DNA from: Chiloscyllium plagiosum
Taxonomy: Eukaryota
DNA length: 64,000 nucleotides
Direction: 5' to 3'
Assembly (NCBI RefSeq): GCF_004010195.1
Contig: NC_057711.1
Location: 76,767,674 to 76,831,673 of the forward strand
The notes beneath the pieces are model-generated. The model worked only from the letters and a program-made list of their open reading frames with translations. It made no database searches and had not been told where the DNA came from. Below, one piece after another: positions 25,300 through 38,777 of this stretch (positions are counted from its first letter, which is position 1; every line of letters begins with the position of its first letter). Both the position numbers and the translations under genes were made by a program.

Positions 25300-25760
25300 A
25301 AAGAGGGTCAAAAGGCTGTTATCCTTCATGCCATTTCCTGCTGACAAGCGAGCTATAGTGTTGCAGCAGAGTGAAGACTTCTCAGAGCACTGTCTCAGAA
25401 CAATGATAGAGCAGGAACTGTGACCCAATGGAGCGGGTGGCCATCAACATGACAGCTGCACTAAACTTTTATTAAACTGGCTGTATTCAAGGATCCACTG
25501 GGGACCTGCGTGGGATCTCAGACCCTTCAGTCCACAAATGTATTAAGGCTGTTAATGATACAATTTATTATATTACATCATTTTGTCTTGTTTCCCTATG
25601 ATGAGGTCAGTGCACATGTCATATTGACAGTGGCATATTATAATGCAAGTGACTTCATTGACAAAAAAGGGCTCTGTTCCATCAATGTGCAAATTATCTG
25701 TGAAATTTGCCAAAATTGACACATAGCCAATGTCTGGTAAAATTCAGGCCACAAACTCAA
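25300..25760 (+). pseudogene. Harbinger/PIF (HARBI1-like) DDE transposase remnant
   Basis: From 25437: VAINMTAALNFY*TGCIQGSTGDLRGISDPSVHKCIKAVNDTI; later DFIDKKGLCSINVQIICE (NRKGxHSINVQxVCD motif); has a stop and an internal deletion. Confidence 0.8.
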
Positions 25761-25939
25761 CATTTAAAGTGCAAAGTCTGTTGTGCTACACAGGAGTTAA
25801 CCTGAAATATGTTCCATTGAATGATACAAGTTGTCTACAAATTCCTCAGGTTACCAATAGTAGGAAATTTCTTGGAGATTTGAGAGATTGTGGCATATGG
25901 AGATCTTTAGGTCATAATTATAATTGATCACATGATTTT

Positions 25940-26030
25940 GACGCAGACAAGCAGGAGGCTGGAAGAACACAGCAAACCAGGCAGCATCAGGAGGTGGAGA
26001 AGTTGACATTTTGGGTGTCCCTTCAGGACA
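25940..26030 (-). mobile_element. PLE pseudo-LTR fragment (family B/C-related)
   Basis: gctggaagaacacagcaaaccaggcagcatcaggagg...gacattttgggtgtcccttcagg. Confidence 0.6.
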
Positions 26031-27009
26031 GAAAGAAAATAGTAGGTGAGGATGAGTATGTGAACAGTGTGGTCTTAGACACTACATTAGAGAGCTGTAT
26101 TTGAGAATCTACTTTGCGCCGATGTAAATAACAGTGTTACAGTACATTAGGTGCTGAACAGCCTGACTTGAAAATACGGAGCCAATATTCCCAAGCACAT
26201 TAGATGTGCAGATACCCACAGCCTGAGATACTCCCAGACTAGCATCTCAATATGCATCTGGCAGTATATTGGCTTAAAGTACAAAATCAAACAAATATTT
26301 AATTCCCCTTTAGAGATTAATCACAGCTGTTGCTCAATTGGTGGAACTTCTTGTCATCGAGTAAAAAGGTTCTGAGACACATCGGATTTTTTTTGTGGTG
26401 GCTCGTTCATTTTGACACCAAACTTACCCCTCTCATTTCAAACATGACTTTAATTCTGCTGCCTTTTCCCTGTACAGTATTGGGAAGGGGAGGAGGCAGA
26501 GAAACATCAGGAAACCAGGCCAATTCATGCTCGCCAATTTTTCCAACTACGAAACCTCCTTTCTAGGGCTTGAGAATATTTCCTGAAATTCATCCTTTCT
26601 ACCACTGCTTTAAAAGGATCATATGTGACATTTGACAACTTGTTTTTTTACTGAGATGAGATTGTTGAATGTATCATCAGAGTTAGTGATTAAAAAGAAA
26701 CCACATCATCTATTTAAAGTATGTTGCTAGGTGGTGGAGAAAAGAGAGTAAAAGGATACACAGAACAGAACATACACGATGGTATAGAACAGCTGTTGAT
26801 GAGAATGTTAAACACCAGAAGAGCTGGTTGGGCTAAATATTCTGTTTTTGACAATAATTTTTATGTATGGCTTTTGAATGACCCAAATCTTCCAATCAGC
26901 ATCAGAATCTCTTCAGCACAGAAATTCTTGAAAACATCAGTGAAGGGAATCTGTATAGAAGCAACATGACCTTTATACACCACTAGTGGCTATAATGTGC
27001 TGACAGCAT

Positions 27010-27128
27010 ATGGATGGCAGCAGTCCAAGAAGGCAGTTCACCACCACTTTCTCAAGAGCAACTAATGACAGGCAACAAATGCTGGTCAGCCAGCAATGTC
27101 CACATCCCATGAGTGAATAAAAAAAAAT
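27010..27128 (+). mobile_element. CR1 family-2 3' tail
   Basis: caccaccactttctcaag...cacatcccatgagtgaataaaaa. Confidence 0.7.
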
Positions 27129-27672
27129 CGCTGGTAGGCAACATGTAAATATCTCAACGATGCTTTGAAATGCTACAGACCTATAGAGAAAAGGGAGACC
27201 AAAGCTGACCAGTTCAATTGATTTTCGCACCATGTCACCCATTAAAGAGTTACCACTTTGATATAAACAAAACGGGATATCAATTCTTTTTTACTGTATT
27301 CAAAAGGAAAGAAATCATAATCTCAAATTTCTTCACATAGATCTATTTTTGACCCTTAATTCTGCAATCATTCTGGGATCACTGACAATTTGAAGACTGG
27401 AGGTATTGGAACAATATCAAAAGTTGTTAAAGCCAAAATAAATGGGGATATATAGTCTCAGCAAAATTGCCATGGTTTAAAAAAGTAGAGACACAATGTT
27501 TTGACCTTCCAAGGTCAAAGAATAAGAACAGCAGTATGCTTTGTCATCTCCAAATGAAGAATGACATTATAAATATATTTGCAATCGTTTGCATTATCCT
27601 TTGTGCAGTTCTACAGAATGCCACTATAACATGACAAGCTATTTAGTTACAGGTGGGGCAAACTTGCATGCA

Positions 27673-27785
27673 CAAGTTAAAAATCACACAACACCAGGTT
27701 ATAGTCCAACAGGTTTAATCCCACACTCACACATGCACCCCCTCACAGACTTAAGATACTCTGCAACACCGGCATCTCCAAACCA
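27673..27785. mobile_element. Short rearranged PLE family-A insertion with 9-bp TSD
   Basis: Inverted pLTR piece, CA-rich internal piece and pLTR end; TSD ttgcatgca at 27664-27672 and 27786-27794. Confidence 0.75.
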
Positions 27786-27877
27786 TTGCATGCATCAGTA
27801 AGTCTGATTGCACTAGTTGTCATCCTGTAATCTCAAACTCAAACATGAACTCATTCATCCTGTAGTTTCAAAATTAA

Positions 27878-28850
27878 CTTTTAAATACAGGCACTACTTG
27901 ACCTAGAGGAAGGGCGGCTACAGAATATGTCATGCATAGCCTCCACTGTTCAGAAGAATTCTTTAAAAAGAATTTAGAGCATGATCATATAGAATATTTA
28001 AAAAGCACAATATATTTTGGTATCTCTTTTACTTTTAAGGAGTGCAAATCAAGAGGAACACACAATTATTTCTAATTCTTACATGTAAATTTAATCTTTT
28101 TTTATTCACTTACGGATGTGGGCTGACTCGGCATTTATTGCCTAGTCCCAATTGCTCTTGAAGTGACTGACTTGCTAGGCTATCTCATCAGGTAGTTCAG
28201 AGTTAACTACACTGCTGGGGGACTGCAGTCATATGTCGGCCAGATCAGGTAAAGATGATAGATTTTCTTCCTATAAGACACTCATGATCCAGATTTTTTT
28301 TAAAAATGGCATTGACAGTTGTCAGTAGTTTTTTTTAAGTTCCAAATTTTTATTGAATTCAAATTTCACTACCCACCATGGTAGGATTTGAATGCACTTC
28401 CCTGGAACATTAACCTCAGACTTTAAGTAGCCAGTCCAGTAACATTACTATTACACCATAACATGGATTATTTGGTAAAATGATACCATAATCTCTGAAG
28501 TGTTGGATCTTGGAAAAGAAAACACAATTTTCTATGAAAGAATAAAAAAGAATATGATTCATTTTACACATAAGAACTAAAAATAATTTTGTGTTCCTCT
28601 TGATTTGCCCTCCCTTGAATAAAAGAGATACCAAAATGTATTGTGCTTTTTAAAAATTCTATGTAATCACACTCTAAATTCTTTTTAAAGAATTTTTCTG
28701 AACGATGGAGGTCTTACATGATATATACTGTAGCCACCCTTGCTCTAGGTGAAATAGTGCCTGTTTTTAAATTACATGTGATCACACCCTGAATTCCTTT
28801 TAAAGAACCACTTTCTGAAAAAAGGTCTAGACATGATAGACTCGGCCTTA
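27878..28850. repeat. Long inverted-repeat (foldback/MITE-like) element
   Basis: About 27880-28097 is the diverged reverse complement of about 28557-28770; partial direct sub-repeat at 28777-28840. Confidence 0.8.
28098..28460 (-). mobile_element. SINE (same family as 9872-10197) inserted between the inverted arms
   Basis: Reverse-complement similarity to 9872-10197. Confidence 0.7.
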
Positions 28851-30002
28851 TCTGGTAGGTCTGATTTAGTGTAAATTAATACAGTGTTATATGGAGAGAA
28901 AGCATGTTTTCAAGATTGCCTAGTAAAAGAATAAACTAGGTGCTTTAGCATATCAATCTCTGAATGCCGACAATTATCACCACATGAATATTGTGTGAAT
29001 AAATAGTGCTATGACATATTGCCAGGAAGACAAAGCACAAATCAGAAAATTATAAATACCCTTGTCACACAAGCATCTTTGGAGAGAATCACTGGCATTG
29101 ATAAGTTGTTTTTATAAAAAAAACTTGCATAGATATAATTTAGAATATAATGGCCAACTTTTGTCCCTTTACATAACCAGTGAAACTCAGACCTGGGAAA
29201 ATTCAGACGAGACACTAATTTGATATTTTGTTTGAATAGATTTGGAAAGCTAGACTTTGGAAAGTTTTATTTGGGGTGTTTCAGGTAAAGAATAAATGAG
29301 ATTCAGACTACATGCATAGTTATTAGATAGTTTAGGGAGGACCAGGATGCACAAGTTTCAATGACATAAGTAAAGAATTAGTTCAGATGCCAGTTGGTAC
29401 TTCTTTTTACAGGGAGCTGTCAGCCTAACAAATGAGTTGCCAGTTCATGATTGAAGCAAGCTTTCAAAATTCAACATAATCATACATAAGGCAAATGGAT
29501 ATCGATGCTTGTGGTTTCCAGCCATTATAATCTCCCGAACCAACCTGATCTCCTTTCAGTGTCAGATAGAAATTTTCAAGTAGTCACCCTTAAACTGACA
29601 TGTGATTTGCGTTTGCTTCGCAAAGAAAATTGTGTGGTGGCTGGTAGCCCTCTGGTGGAGGAGGGACAAACATTATAGAAAATTGCATCATGACCAATAT
29701 GACACTGAATTGATGGATCAAATTTTTTGGTTGATCTTTTCTCATCTCCATTTTCATATGTTTTTACCTTCATAAATCGATTATATCAATTAAGCTAGAG
29801 GTACTACCTGCAATCTTATAGTGGCTCCACTCATTACAAATAGGCTAATGTTCAAGTTGGGCATGGAAGATAACTTAGAGATATTTGCTTAAGTAAACAA
29901 ATTACTTGCTGAGTATATAGCAATGCACAGACTGTGTTTTACCCAAGGTTAACAGGCAACTGATTTGCTTCCATTTTAACCCAAAGTTACATTACCACCT
30001 AA

Positions 30003-30495
30003 ACTTGCCTGGATGAGTGCAGCCCCAACAGCACTCAAGAAGCTTGACTCCATCCAGGACAAAGCAGCCCCCACTTGATTGGCACCACATCCACAAGCAT
30101 TCACTCTCACCATCACCAATGCTCAGTAGTAGCATCTCTATAAGATGCACTGCAGAAATTCACCAAAGATCCTGAGACAGCACCTTTCAAACCCACAACC
30201 ACTTCCATCCAGAAGGGCAAGGATAGCAGATGTATGGGATAATGACCGCCTTCATGTTCCCCTCCAAGACACTCACCATTCTTACTTGGAAATACATCAC
30301 CTTTCCTTTACTGTTGCTAGGTCAAAATCCTGCAGTTCCTTCCCTAAAGGCATTGTGGGTCAACCCAAAGCAGATGGACTGCAGCTTTTCAAGAAGGTGG
30401 CTCACTATCACCATCTCAAGGGCAATTAGGGACGGGCAATAAATGCTGACCATCCAGCGATGCCCACATCCTATAAATGAACAAATAATAAATAA
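30003..30495 (+). mobile_element. CR1 family-2 LINE 3' end
   Basis: AWMSAAPTALKKLDSIQDKA motif and tail ending cccacatcc...aataaataaa. Confidence 0.85.
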
Positions 30496-31569
30496 AGTTC
30501 ATCTATCCTACAAGCTGCCATTCTCAATTCCAAATATTTTCTCTCCCATCCAGGTTTACTCTTATAACATCAGAGAAAATTCAGTTTCCTATCTAAAATG
30601 AGTTTAGTGCTCTCTTTAAGTAGTATAGGATATGGTTATCACTTTCTAGGTTAGCATTTTTGTCTAACCCTAGCTGCCCATGAGAAGTTGGTTATGAGTT
30701 ACTATCTTGAACTACTGTGCCTCGTTTGGTGTAGCTACATTCACAATGTAATTGGGGATGGAGTTCTAGGGTTTTGCCTGGTGACACTGAAGGAACGGTG
30801 ATACATTTCCAAGTCAGGATGGTAAGTAACTTGTAGGGGAAGCTACAGGTGTTGTGGTTTTTCCATATATCTTCTGTTGAAAATTGGGAAATAGAATTCT
30901 TTTAGCATTTCATATTTAACATTCCCTGGCTAGCATGAGAATTCATTTCATTGTTACAGCAGTAACTAGCCTCCTACAAAGACAAAGGAAGGTTGGAATC
31001 TTGTAGGGAACTGAGCGCCATGAGCTATGACAATATTTGTCAAATCAAAAGAGAAGTTTGGTGAGGCCCCTCTTAACATTGGGAGCGACTCATGTTACTT
31101 TTAACACTTTTCAAGCTAAGGATTGGTGAGATGCTGACAAGAAAAGATTACTGATTGTTAAAGGCCCTGTTGATGGCCTGACAAGCCTCACCGAATTCCC
31201 CAAACAAGTTTGAAAGTGAGAAAACTCAATTTGGAAACCAGAGAGTGTACTTGGTGAATTCAGCTCAATGCTTGTTCTAAACTACTTCCATGTTGGACCA
31301 AACATTTCAGGGCGTGTTCCATCGGCTATGGCCACACCCATCCCATGTCCACAGACATTGGCATCTACCATGTGCCAGGCTCTAAGAACCCTCATGGCAC
31401 ATCTCATATGCACTTACAGGGTGTTTCTGCACATCAATGCTGCAAATCTGGGTACAACAGCAACTATCATTGTAATACTGCAGCAAAGATGCTATGTGCT
31501 TAGGGACAACACCAATCTCATGGGTTGGACCTAGCTGCATTTTGAGTTGGCAGCTCTAGGTTGAAGCCA

Positions 31570-32380
31570 GGTACACACTCTGGCTGAATTTCTGCAGCGT
31601 ACCTTGTAGAAACTGTGCATCAGTGGTGGAGACAGGGTATGGTGCTAATCAAGCAGGCAGTTTTGTCCTGGATGGTGTCAAACTTCTTGAGTATTGTTGG
31701 AGTTGCACCCATTCAAGCACGTGGGGAGTATTCCATCACACTCCTGACTTGTGCCTTGGAGATGGTGGAGAGTCTTTCGGAGTCAGCATGTGAGGTACTT
31801 GCTATAAGATCTCAAGTACCTGACCTACTATTATAGCCACAGTATTTATATTGATAGTATTATTCAGTTTCTGGTCAATGAAAAACCCAGGGCGTAGATA
31901 GTGGGGGATGGTAATGGTAATGCCGTGAATTGTCATTGTTAGATTATCACTTTTTGGATGACCAATGCTTGGTGTTTCTGTGACTTGCCACATGACAGTC
32001 CAAGCCTGCAAACTGTCTGGCTCTTGCTTCATTAGGCCATTGACTACTTCAATGTCTGAGGAGTAATGAATGGTGCTGAACATTGTATAATCAGCAGCAA
32101 ACATCCACTTTTCTAAACTTAAGAAAGAGGGAAGGTCACTGATGACGTAGCTGAAGATGGTTGGGTCAAGGACACTAAGTCAAGGAACTCCTGCAGAAAT
32201 GTCCTGGAGTCGAGATGACTGATCTCCAACAACTACAAGGATCTTGTTTTTTATCCTGCTTTTCATGGACAGGACATACCTGGGCAATTTTCCACAGTTT
32301 CTGGTCGATGTCAGTATTGTGGCTGTACTGGAACAGTTTGGCTAGCGATGTGGTGAGTTCTGGAACACAGAGTTTCAGTA
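31570..32380 (-). mobile_element. CR1 family-2 RT fragment
   Basis: MFAADYT (FADD-like) and LAKLFQYS..WKIAQVCPVHEKQDK in ORFs 31802 and 32175. Confidence 0.85.
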
Positions 32381-32972
32381 AAAAGCGAATGGAATGCTTG
32401 CCTTTATATCTAGAGGATTGGAGTGTAAGGATGCAGACATTATATTGCAATTATATAAAACTCTGTTAGGAACCACTTAGAGTACTGTGATCAAAGCTGG
32501 TCACCATATCTTAAGAAGAATATTTTAGCCTTGGTGGAAGTAAAACAAAAGTTTATAAGAATGATACCTGGACTTCAGGGGTTAAGATTATGAGGAGAAA
32601 TTATGCAAACTAGGCCGTTTTCAACAGAATTTGGAACGTTCAGGGTGATCTGTTCACAGTTTTCAAGATTTAACAGGACACGACAGCGTAGATAAAGATA
32701 AACTATGTCCACTGATTGAGGATTCGAGAACAGGGCATATAGTCTAATAATTAGAGTCAGACCATTTAGGAAAGATGCTCGGTAGCACTTCTACATAAAA
32801 TGGATGTTAGATGTTTAGGACCCTTTTCCACAAATGGCAGAGGATGCTGGATCAGTTGGTCATTTTAAACCTGAGATAGATGCATTCATTTTAAGCCAAA
32901 GTATTATGAGATATGGGCCAAAGGCAGAAACAATCTTGAGGAGTTGAATGGACTGCTCTTGTTCCTATGTAC
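32380..32972 (+). mobile_element. Decayed CR1 3' fragment
   Basis: Nucleotide similarity to 15350-15990. Confidence 0.8.
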
Positions 32973-34611
32973 TATTGACAGAATATTGTCAGGGCTTGGT
33001 TTCAAGCAGTGGCAGGTACCTTCAGCTATTTCTTGTTATAATGTGGAGTGAATCAAATTGGCTTGATCTGATTTGATTTGTATTGTGGGATTTGATTTAA
33101 TTTGTCTTTTTATTATATAAGACTGCAATGGAAATCATGTGAAGTAAACTTAAGATTGTATCACAAGCTATAAAGATGACACAGCAATCTCCAAATTTAA
33201 CTTATTTAGAATCACCTAAATCCTGAATGAAATAGCATGAGATATTTGCATCTCCTCCAGGATTTTCAGTCACATATAATATTTCTGTCTTGCTTGTCAA
33301 GTGCCCTGACATCTCTGAGTATACTGAAATTTCAAAGGGAGTGCAGGGATGGGAGTGACATGTTGCTGGTGGGAGTCAGGATCTCACTTGTCTTTAATTA
33401 ATGGTTATATTCTTTCATGGGGAGTTGCCACAAAGCCAATATTTGTTGACCATCCCTAATTACCCTTGAGAAGGACTCAAGAGGAGCAGAAGGTGATCTC
33501 TAGCTCAGCAAACACAAACAGTTAATGGAAGTGCACAACCATCAGGTTCAATGCAGAGAATGATGAAGTGATTTTTTTTTATCGTCAGAGAAAATTTTGG
33601 TTCTGGAATTTTGTACCAGATCAGGTGTAAATCTTTCTGTTAATAATTTTAATTTCAGCCTGTGGTGAGGCTGCTGACTCTCTGACTCCCCGCTCTCTTC
33701 TCCAGGACAGTACTAGACCACATTTGGCTGCCTTTCGCTCAGTTACAGCATTAACATTTGAAGGTTGTGTCACAGTGTTGGGAGTTGGAAATTCTCTCAG
33801 CATCAGGTTGCAAACCACTGATTGAAAATCAAGTTCCTTGTGTTGCCTGAAGAAAAGCATTTCCTTTCTATCTTTGGTAATCTAGTAGCAAACAGCCTGA
33901 TGATTTTGAATTTAACCCATTTACCAAATTGCTTAGCAAATGTGAAACTCTTCTTTTGACTGCTATGTGTACATGGTATCAAAATACAATAAAGTTAATG
34001 TTCTCACATGTTGTTTAGATTGGCATCATGGGAAAGCTTCCCAGCTTGCTAATTACATAAAATGCAGCACCATCAGTAGTTGGTAAAACCGCACAATGCA
34101 CTGCCTGAAGATATGACAGAGGCAGTTTCAATGGCGGTTTTCAAAGGAGTATTTGGCAGAAGTGAAAATATAAAGCTATGAGAAAATGACACAGGTGGGT
34201 GACGATCTCAGTTGTAGAGAACTTATATGATCACGTTGGGCTGAAGGGCCTCTTCCTATAACTATTCTACTATTCTGTACCAGGATCTGCTTCTACATTT
34301 TTTTTCTATCAATGCCCTTTCTGCGAAGTCTTCCACTGGCAGCCCAGTTGGTATTGCCAGTTGGAACAAGGTGCAACATGCACCAAGTAATGAGAAAACT
34401 TCTGCAGGTTTGATTGTAATTAACTAGCATAGAGTCTGAATGAATTTTCACTGTCTTTCAGAACAGACAATTCTGCCTTTCATCCATCGATCTATTCATT
34501 GCAGCAGATACAATCAACACCTGATTGATTCACTTATAACTTGACTGAGGAAAGAAGTCTTAGTAGGAATGATATTTAAGTCTTTTGGATAATTTGCAAA
34601 TACTCAGAATG

Positions 34612-35398
34612 CTGTGGTTCTGTTCGCCGAGCTGGAAGATTTGTTGCAAACGTTTTGTCCCCTGTCTAGGTGACATCCTCAGTGCTTGGGAGCCTCCTGT
34701 GAAGCGCTTCTGTGGTGTTTCTTCCGGCATTTATAGTGGCCTGTCCCTGCCGCTTCCGGTTGTCAGTTTCAGCTGTCCGCTGTAGTGGCCGGTATATTGG
34801 GTCCAGGTCTATGTGTTTGTTGATGGAGTTTGTGGATGAGTGCCAAGCTTCTAGGAATTCCCTGGCTGTTCTTTGTTTCGCTTGCCCTATAATGGTAGTG
34901 TTGTCCCAGTCAAATTCATGTTGCTTGTCGTCTGCGTGTGTGGCCACTAGGAATAGCTGGTCGTGTCGTTTCGTGGCTAGTTGATGTTCGTGGATGCGGA
35001 TCGTTAGCTGTCTTCCTGTTTGTCCTATATAGTGTTTTGTGCAGTCCTTGCATGGGATTTTGTACACTACGTTAGTTTTGCTCATGCTGGGTATCGGGTC
35101 CTTCGTTTTGGTGAGTTGTTGTCTGAGAGTGTGCTGTTATAAGTCCTAGTGGTCGCAGTAGTCTGGCTGTCATTTCAGAGATGTTCTTGATGTATGGTAG
35201 TGTGGCTAGTCCTTTGGGTTGCGGCATGTCCTCGTTCTGTTGTCTCTCCCTTAGGCATCTGTTGATGAAATTGCGAGGATATCCGTTTTGTACAAACTAA
35301 CTTAGTGTACAAAATCCCATGCAAGGACTGCACAAAACACGAAACGACACGAACCACAGCAACGAGCACCCGAGCTACAAATCTTCTCACAAACTTTG
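34612..35398 (-). mobile_element. Penelope-like element (family D): GIY-YIG endonuclease region and pLTR, with inverted segment; 13-bp TSD
   Basis: ORF 34666-35085 has VVYKIPCKDCTKHYIGQTGR; inverted copy at about 35295-35398; TSD aatactcagaatg at 34599-34611 and 35399-35411. Confidence 0.95.
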
Positions 35399-35489
35399 AA
35401 TACTCAGAATGTATTCATTAGCCTAAACCATTGCTCTCGTGCTTGAACACAATCATTTCACTACTTTTCACATCCATGTTGCTTTTTTG

Positions 35490-35915
35490 TATTTATATGT
35501 GGGATATGGACATCACCGTCTAGACCAGCATTTACTACTGATCCGTAATTTCATTGGAGAAAGTGGTAATGAGAGGCTTTCTAGCACTGTTGCAGTCCTT
35601 AGGGTGTAGGAACATCCTCAATGCTGATAGGAAGGAATTTCCAGGATTGTACCCAGTGAAATTGAAGAGATGACATTAAAGTTCCAAGTCAAGATGGTGG
35701 GAGACATGGAGAAGATGGTGGAATTGTAGGTGGTGTTGTTTTCATGCATCTGTTACTCTTGTTCCTCTATGTGAGAGAGATTGCATGCTAAGAAAGTGCC
35801 ATTGAAGGAGCTTTGGTAAGTTATTGCAGTGCATTTTGTAGCTGGGACACAATTCTGCCACTGAGCATCAGTGGCGAAGAGAGCCAATATTGAAGTTGTT
35901 GGATGGGGTGCTTCC
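35490..35915 (-). mobile_element. CR1 family-2 3' fragment
   Basis: Reverse complement of the 30003-30495 type. Confidence 0.75.
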
Positions 35916-36120
35916 AGGAAAATGGCTGCTGAATAATAAACCAGTTCAAGCTTCTATTTCTTACATTTAATTGCAGAATCTGAAACCTGATAGTTTAGAT
36001 GATGGTACAGCTGTCCTGAATATTGTGTGTTGTTTTATCATCTTTCTTTGCATATCTGGGACAGATCAATTAATGAGATAAGAAAGAGTGAATCCCAGAC
36101 ATTGTATACCCCTTATGGAG

Positions 36121-36243
36121 GTAAAAACAATGACTGCAGATGCTGGAAACCAGATTCTGGATCAGTGGTGCTGGAAGGCAATTCAGGCAGCATCCGAGGG
36201 ATGCTGCCTGAATTGCTGTGCTCTTCCAGCACCACTGATCCAG
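36121..36243. mobile_element. Hairpin PLE derivative (family C) with TSD
   Basis: Inverted arms ctggatcagtggtgctggaag / cttccagcaccactgatccag; TSD taccccttatggag at 36107-36120 and 36244-36257. Confidence 0.85.
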
Positions 36244-36781
36244 TACCCCTTATGGAGCCTTATCATTGGAGGCATAAATGATGGGCACAATCTAGGGCCT
36301 GTATTTATGAAACTTAGACTCAGGTACTTCTTGACAGTCTCAGTTCTGCCCACTGCAATTTCTCCCACTGCCAGGACTAGCGAGATTCCAGCCAATTAGA
36401 TTTGTCAACAGCACTCTGAGGTGGAACTTACTCCCAAGTGAGGGGCAGAAGTCCCATCTCCAGTCAGTTAGTGCTCTTTGAACCATTGGTATTGCTAGAG
36501 ATATGTTCCCTATAAAGTCTTTGTGTGGCGGATACAAAACCCAGCCCAGTGTTTCCTTATTTATTCAATCCAATCTCTTCAGATTTTGAATATTGCTATT
36601 ACATCTCCCCTTAACATTTTCTGCTCTAACTAAAGACATTCTAAATTATTTAATATCACTACCTAAGTGAAATCTCTCTTTCCTGCTATTATATTAATAA
36701 GTCTTGTTAATAACCTCTCTAAAGTCTTAACATCCTTGTTATCATAACTGTGGTGTTGAGAACCACACACAATATTCTACT

Positions 36782-38343
36782 AGACTAGATGGGATTGAGG
36801 TGCATAAGGTGGAGGTATTAGCAATTCTGGAAAGTGTAAAAATAGATAAATCCCTCTGGGCTGGATGGGATTTATCCTAGGATTGTCTGGGAAGCCTGGG
36901 AGGAGATTGGATTTGATCTTTATGTCGTCATTGTCTACAGAAATAGTGTCAGAAGACTGGAGAATAGCAAATGTTGTCCCCTTGTTCAAGAAAAGGAGTA
37001 GAGACAACCCTGGTAATTATAGACATGTGAGCCTTATTTTGGTTATGGTTAAAGTGTTGGAAAATGTTATAAGAGATAGGATTTATAATCATCTAGAGTA
37101 AAATAAGTTGATTAGGGATAATCAACATGGTTTTATGAAGGGTAGGTCATGCCTCACAAACCTTATTGAGTTCTTTGAGAAGGTGACCAAACAGGTGGAT
37201 GAGGATAAAGCGGTTGATGTGGTGTATATGGATTTCAGTAAGGTGTTTGATGAGGTTCTCCACAGTTGGCTATTGCACAAAATACGGAGGCATGGGATTG
37301 AGGGTGATTTAGCTATTTGGATCAGAAATTGGCTAGCTGAAAGAAGACAGAGGGTGGTGGTTAATGGGAAATATTCATCCTGGAGTTCAGTTACTAGTGG
37401 GGTACTGTAAGGATCTGTTTTGGGTCCACTGTTGTTTGTCATTTATATAAATGACCTGGATGAGGGCCGAGAAGGATGGGTTAGTAAATTTGCGAATGAA
37501 ATTAAGGTCAGTAGAGTTATGGATTGTGACAAATGATGTTGTAGGTTACAGAGGGACATAGATAAACTGCAGAGCTGGGCTGAGAGGTGGCAAATAGAGT
37601 TTATTGTGGAAAAGTGTGAGGTGATTCACTTTGGAGTACTGGGCAAATGGTAAGATTCTTGGTAGTGTAGATGAGCAGAGAGATCTGGGTTTCCAGGTAC
37701 ATTGATCCTTGAAAGTTGTAACCCAGGTTGATAGGGTTGTTAAGAAAGCACACTGGTGTGTTAGCTTTAATTAGTAGAGTTTTGGAACCATGAGATTATG
37801 CAGCACCTGTACAAAATTCTGGTGCGGTCACAATTGGAGTATTGCATACAGTTCTGGTCACCGCATTATAGGAAGCATGTGAAAGCTTTGGAAGGGATTC
37901 AGAGGAGATTATGAAGGTCTTACAAGGAAAGGCTGAGGGACTTAAGGCTGTTTTCATTAGAGAGAAGAAGGTTAAGAGGCAGCTTAATTGAGACATATAA
38001 GTTAATCAGAGGGTTAGATAGGTTAGACAGTGGGAGCCTTTTTTCCTTGGATGGTAATGGCTAACATGAGGGGACATAGCTTTAAACTGAGGGGCGATAG
38101 ATATAGGACAGATGTCAGAGGTAGTTTATTTGCTCAGAGAGTAGTTGGGGCGTGGAACACACTGCATGTAACAGTAGTAGACTCACCAACTTTAAGGGCA
38201 TTTAAATGGTCATTGGATAAACATATGGACAAGAATGGAGTGATGTAGGTTAGATGGACTTCAGATTGGTTCCATAGGTCGGTGCATCATCGAGAGCTGA
38301 AGGGCTCCTACTGCACTGTAATATTCTATGCTCTATGTTCTAT
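36782..38343 (+). mobile_element. CR1 LINE ORF2 RT to 3' tail (decayed), nested in an older antisense CR1
   Basis: NQHGFMKGRSCLTNL and YMDFSK; (ctatgtt)n-like tail; flanks at 36590-36780 and 38345-38850 are minus-strand CR1 remnants. Confidence 0.92.
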
Positions 38344-38551
38344 TTGAGGCCTAATCTGTGATCTGTAGTGATGATTTGAATGTTTATATCCAAAGTTCCA
38401 ATTTACAAAGCAAGTATTCCGTATGCTTTCATAATATGATTAACCTTCCCTATCATCTTCAAAGTTTTCTGAATATGCACTCTCTAGTCATTGTGCTCTT
38501 GCATCTACTAAAAACAATATAATTTAGATTAAACTATCTCTTCACTTTATT

Positions 38552-38777
38552 TGGTAAAAACTGAAAAATCTGCAGATGCTGTAGATCAGAAAAACAAACA
38601 GAAATTGCTGGAGAAGCTCAGCAGGTCTGGCAGCATCTGTGGAGAGAAATCAGAATTAATACGTCAACTCCAAAGACTCTTCCTCAGAACTTCACCCGCC
38701 CCAAAATGGTAGCTCTGATTTCTCTCCACAGATGCTGCCTTACCTGCTGAGCTTTATCAGCAATTTCTGTTTTTGTT
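38552..38777. mobile_element. Hairpin PLE derivative (family E) with 13-bp TSD
   Basis: Inverted arms of about 65 bp; TSD tcttcactttatt at 38539-38551 and 38778-38790. Confidence 0.85.

Noticed and set aside
33659..33825. Open frame after an acceptor-like site (also 18697, 34461, 62954)
   Set aside because: Frames end in stops without strong donors; not distinguishable from chance
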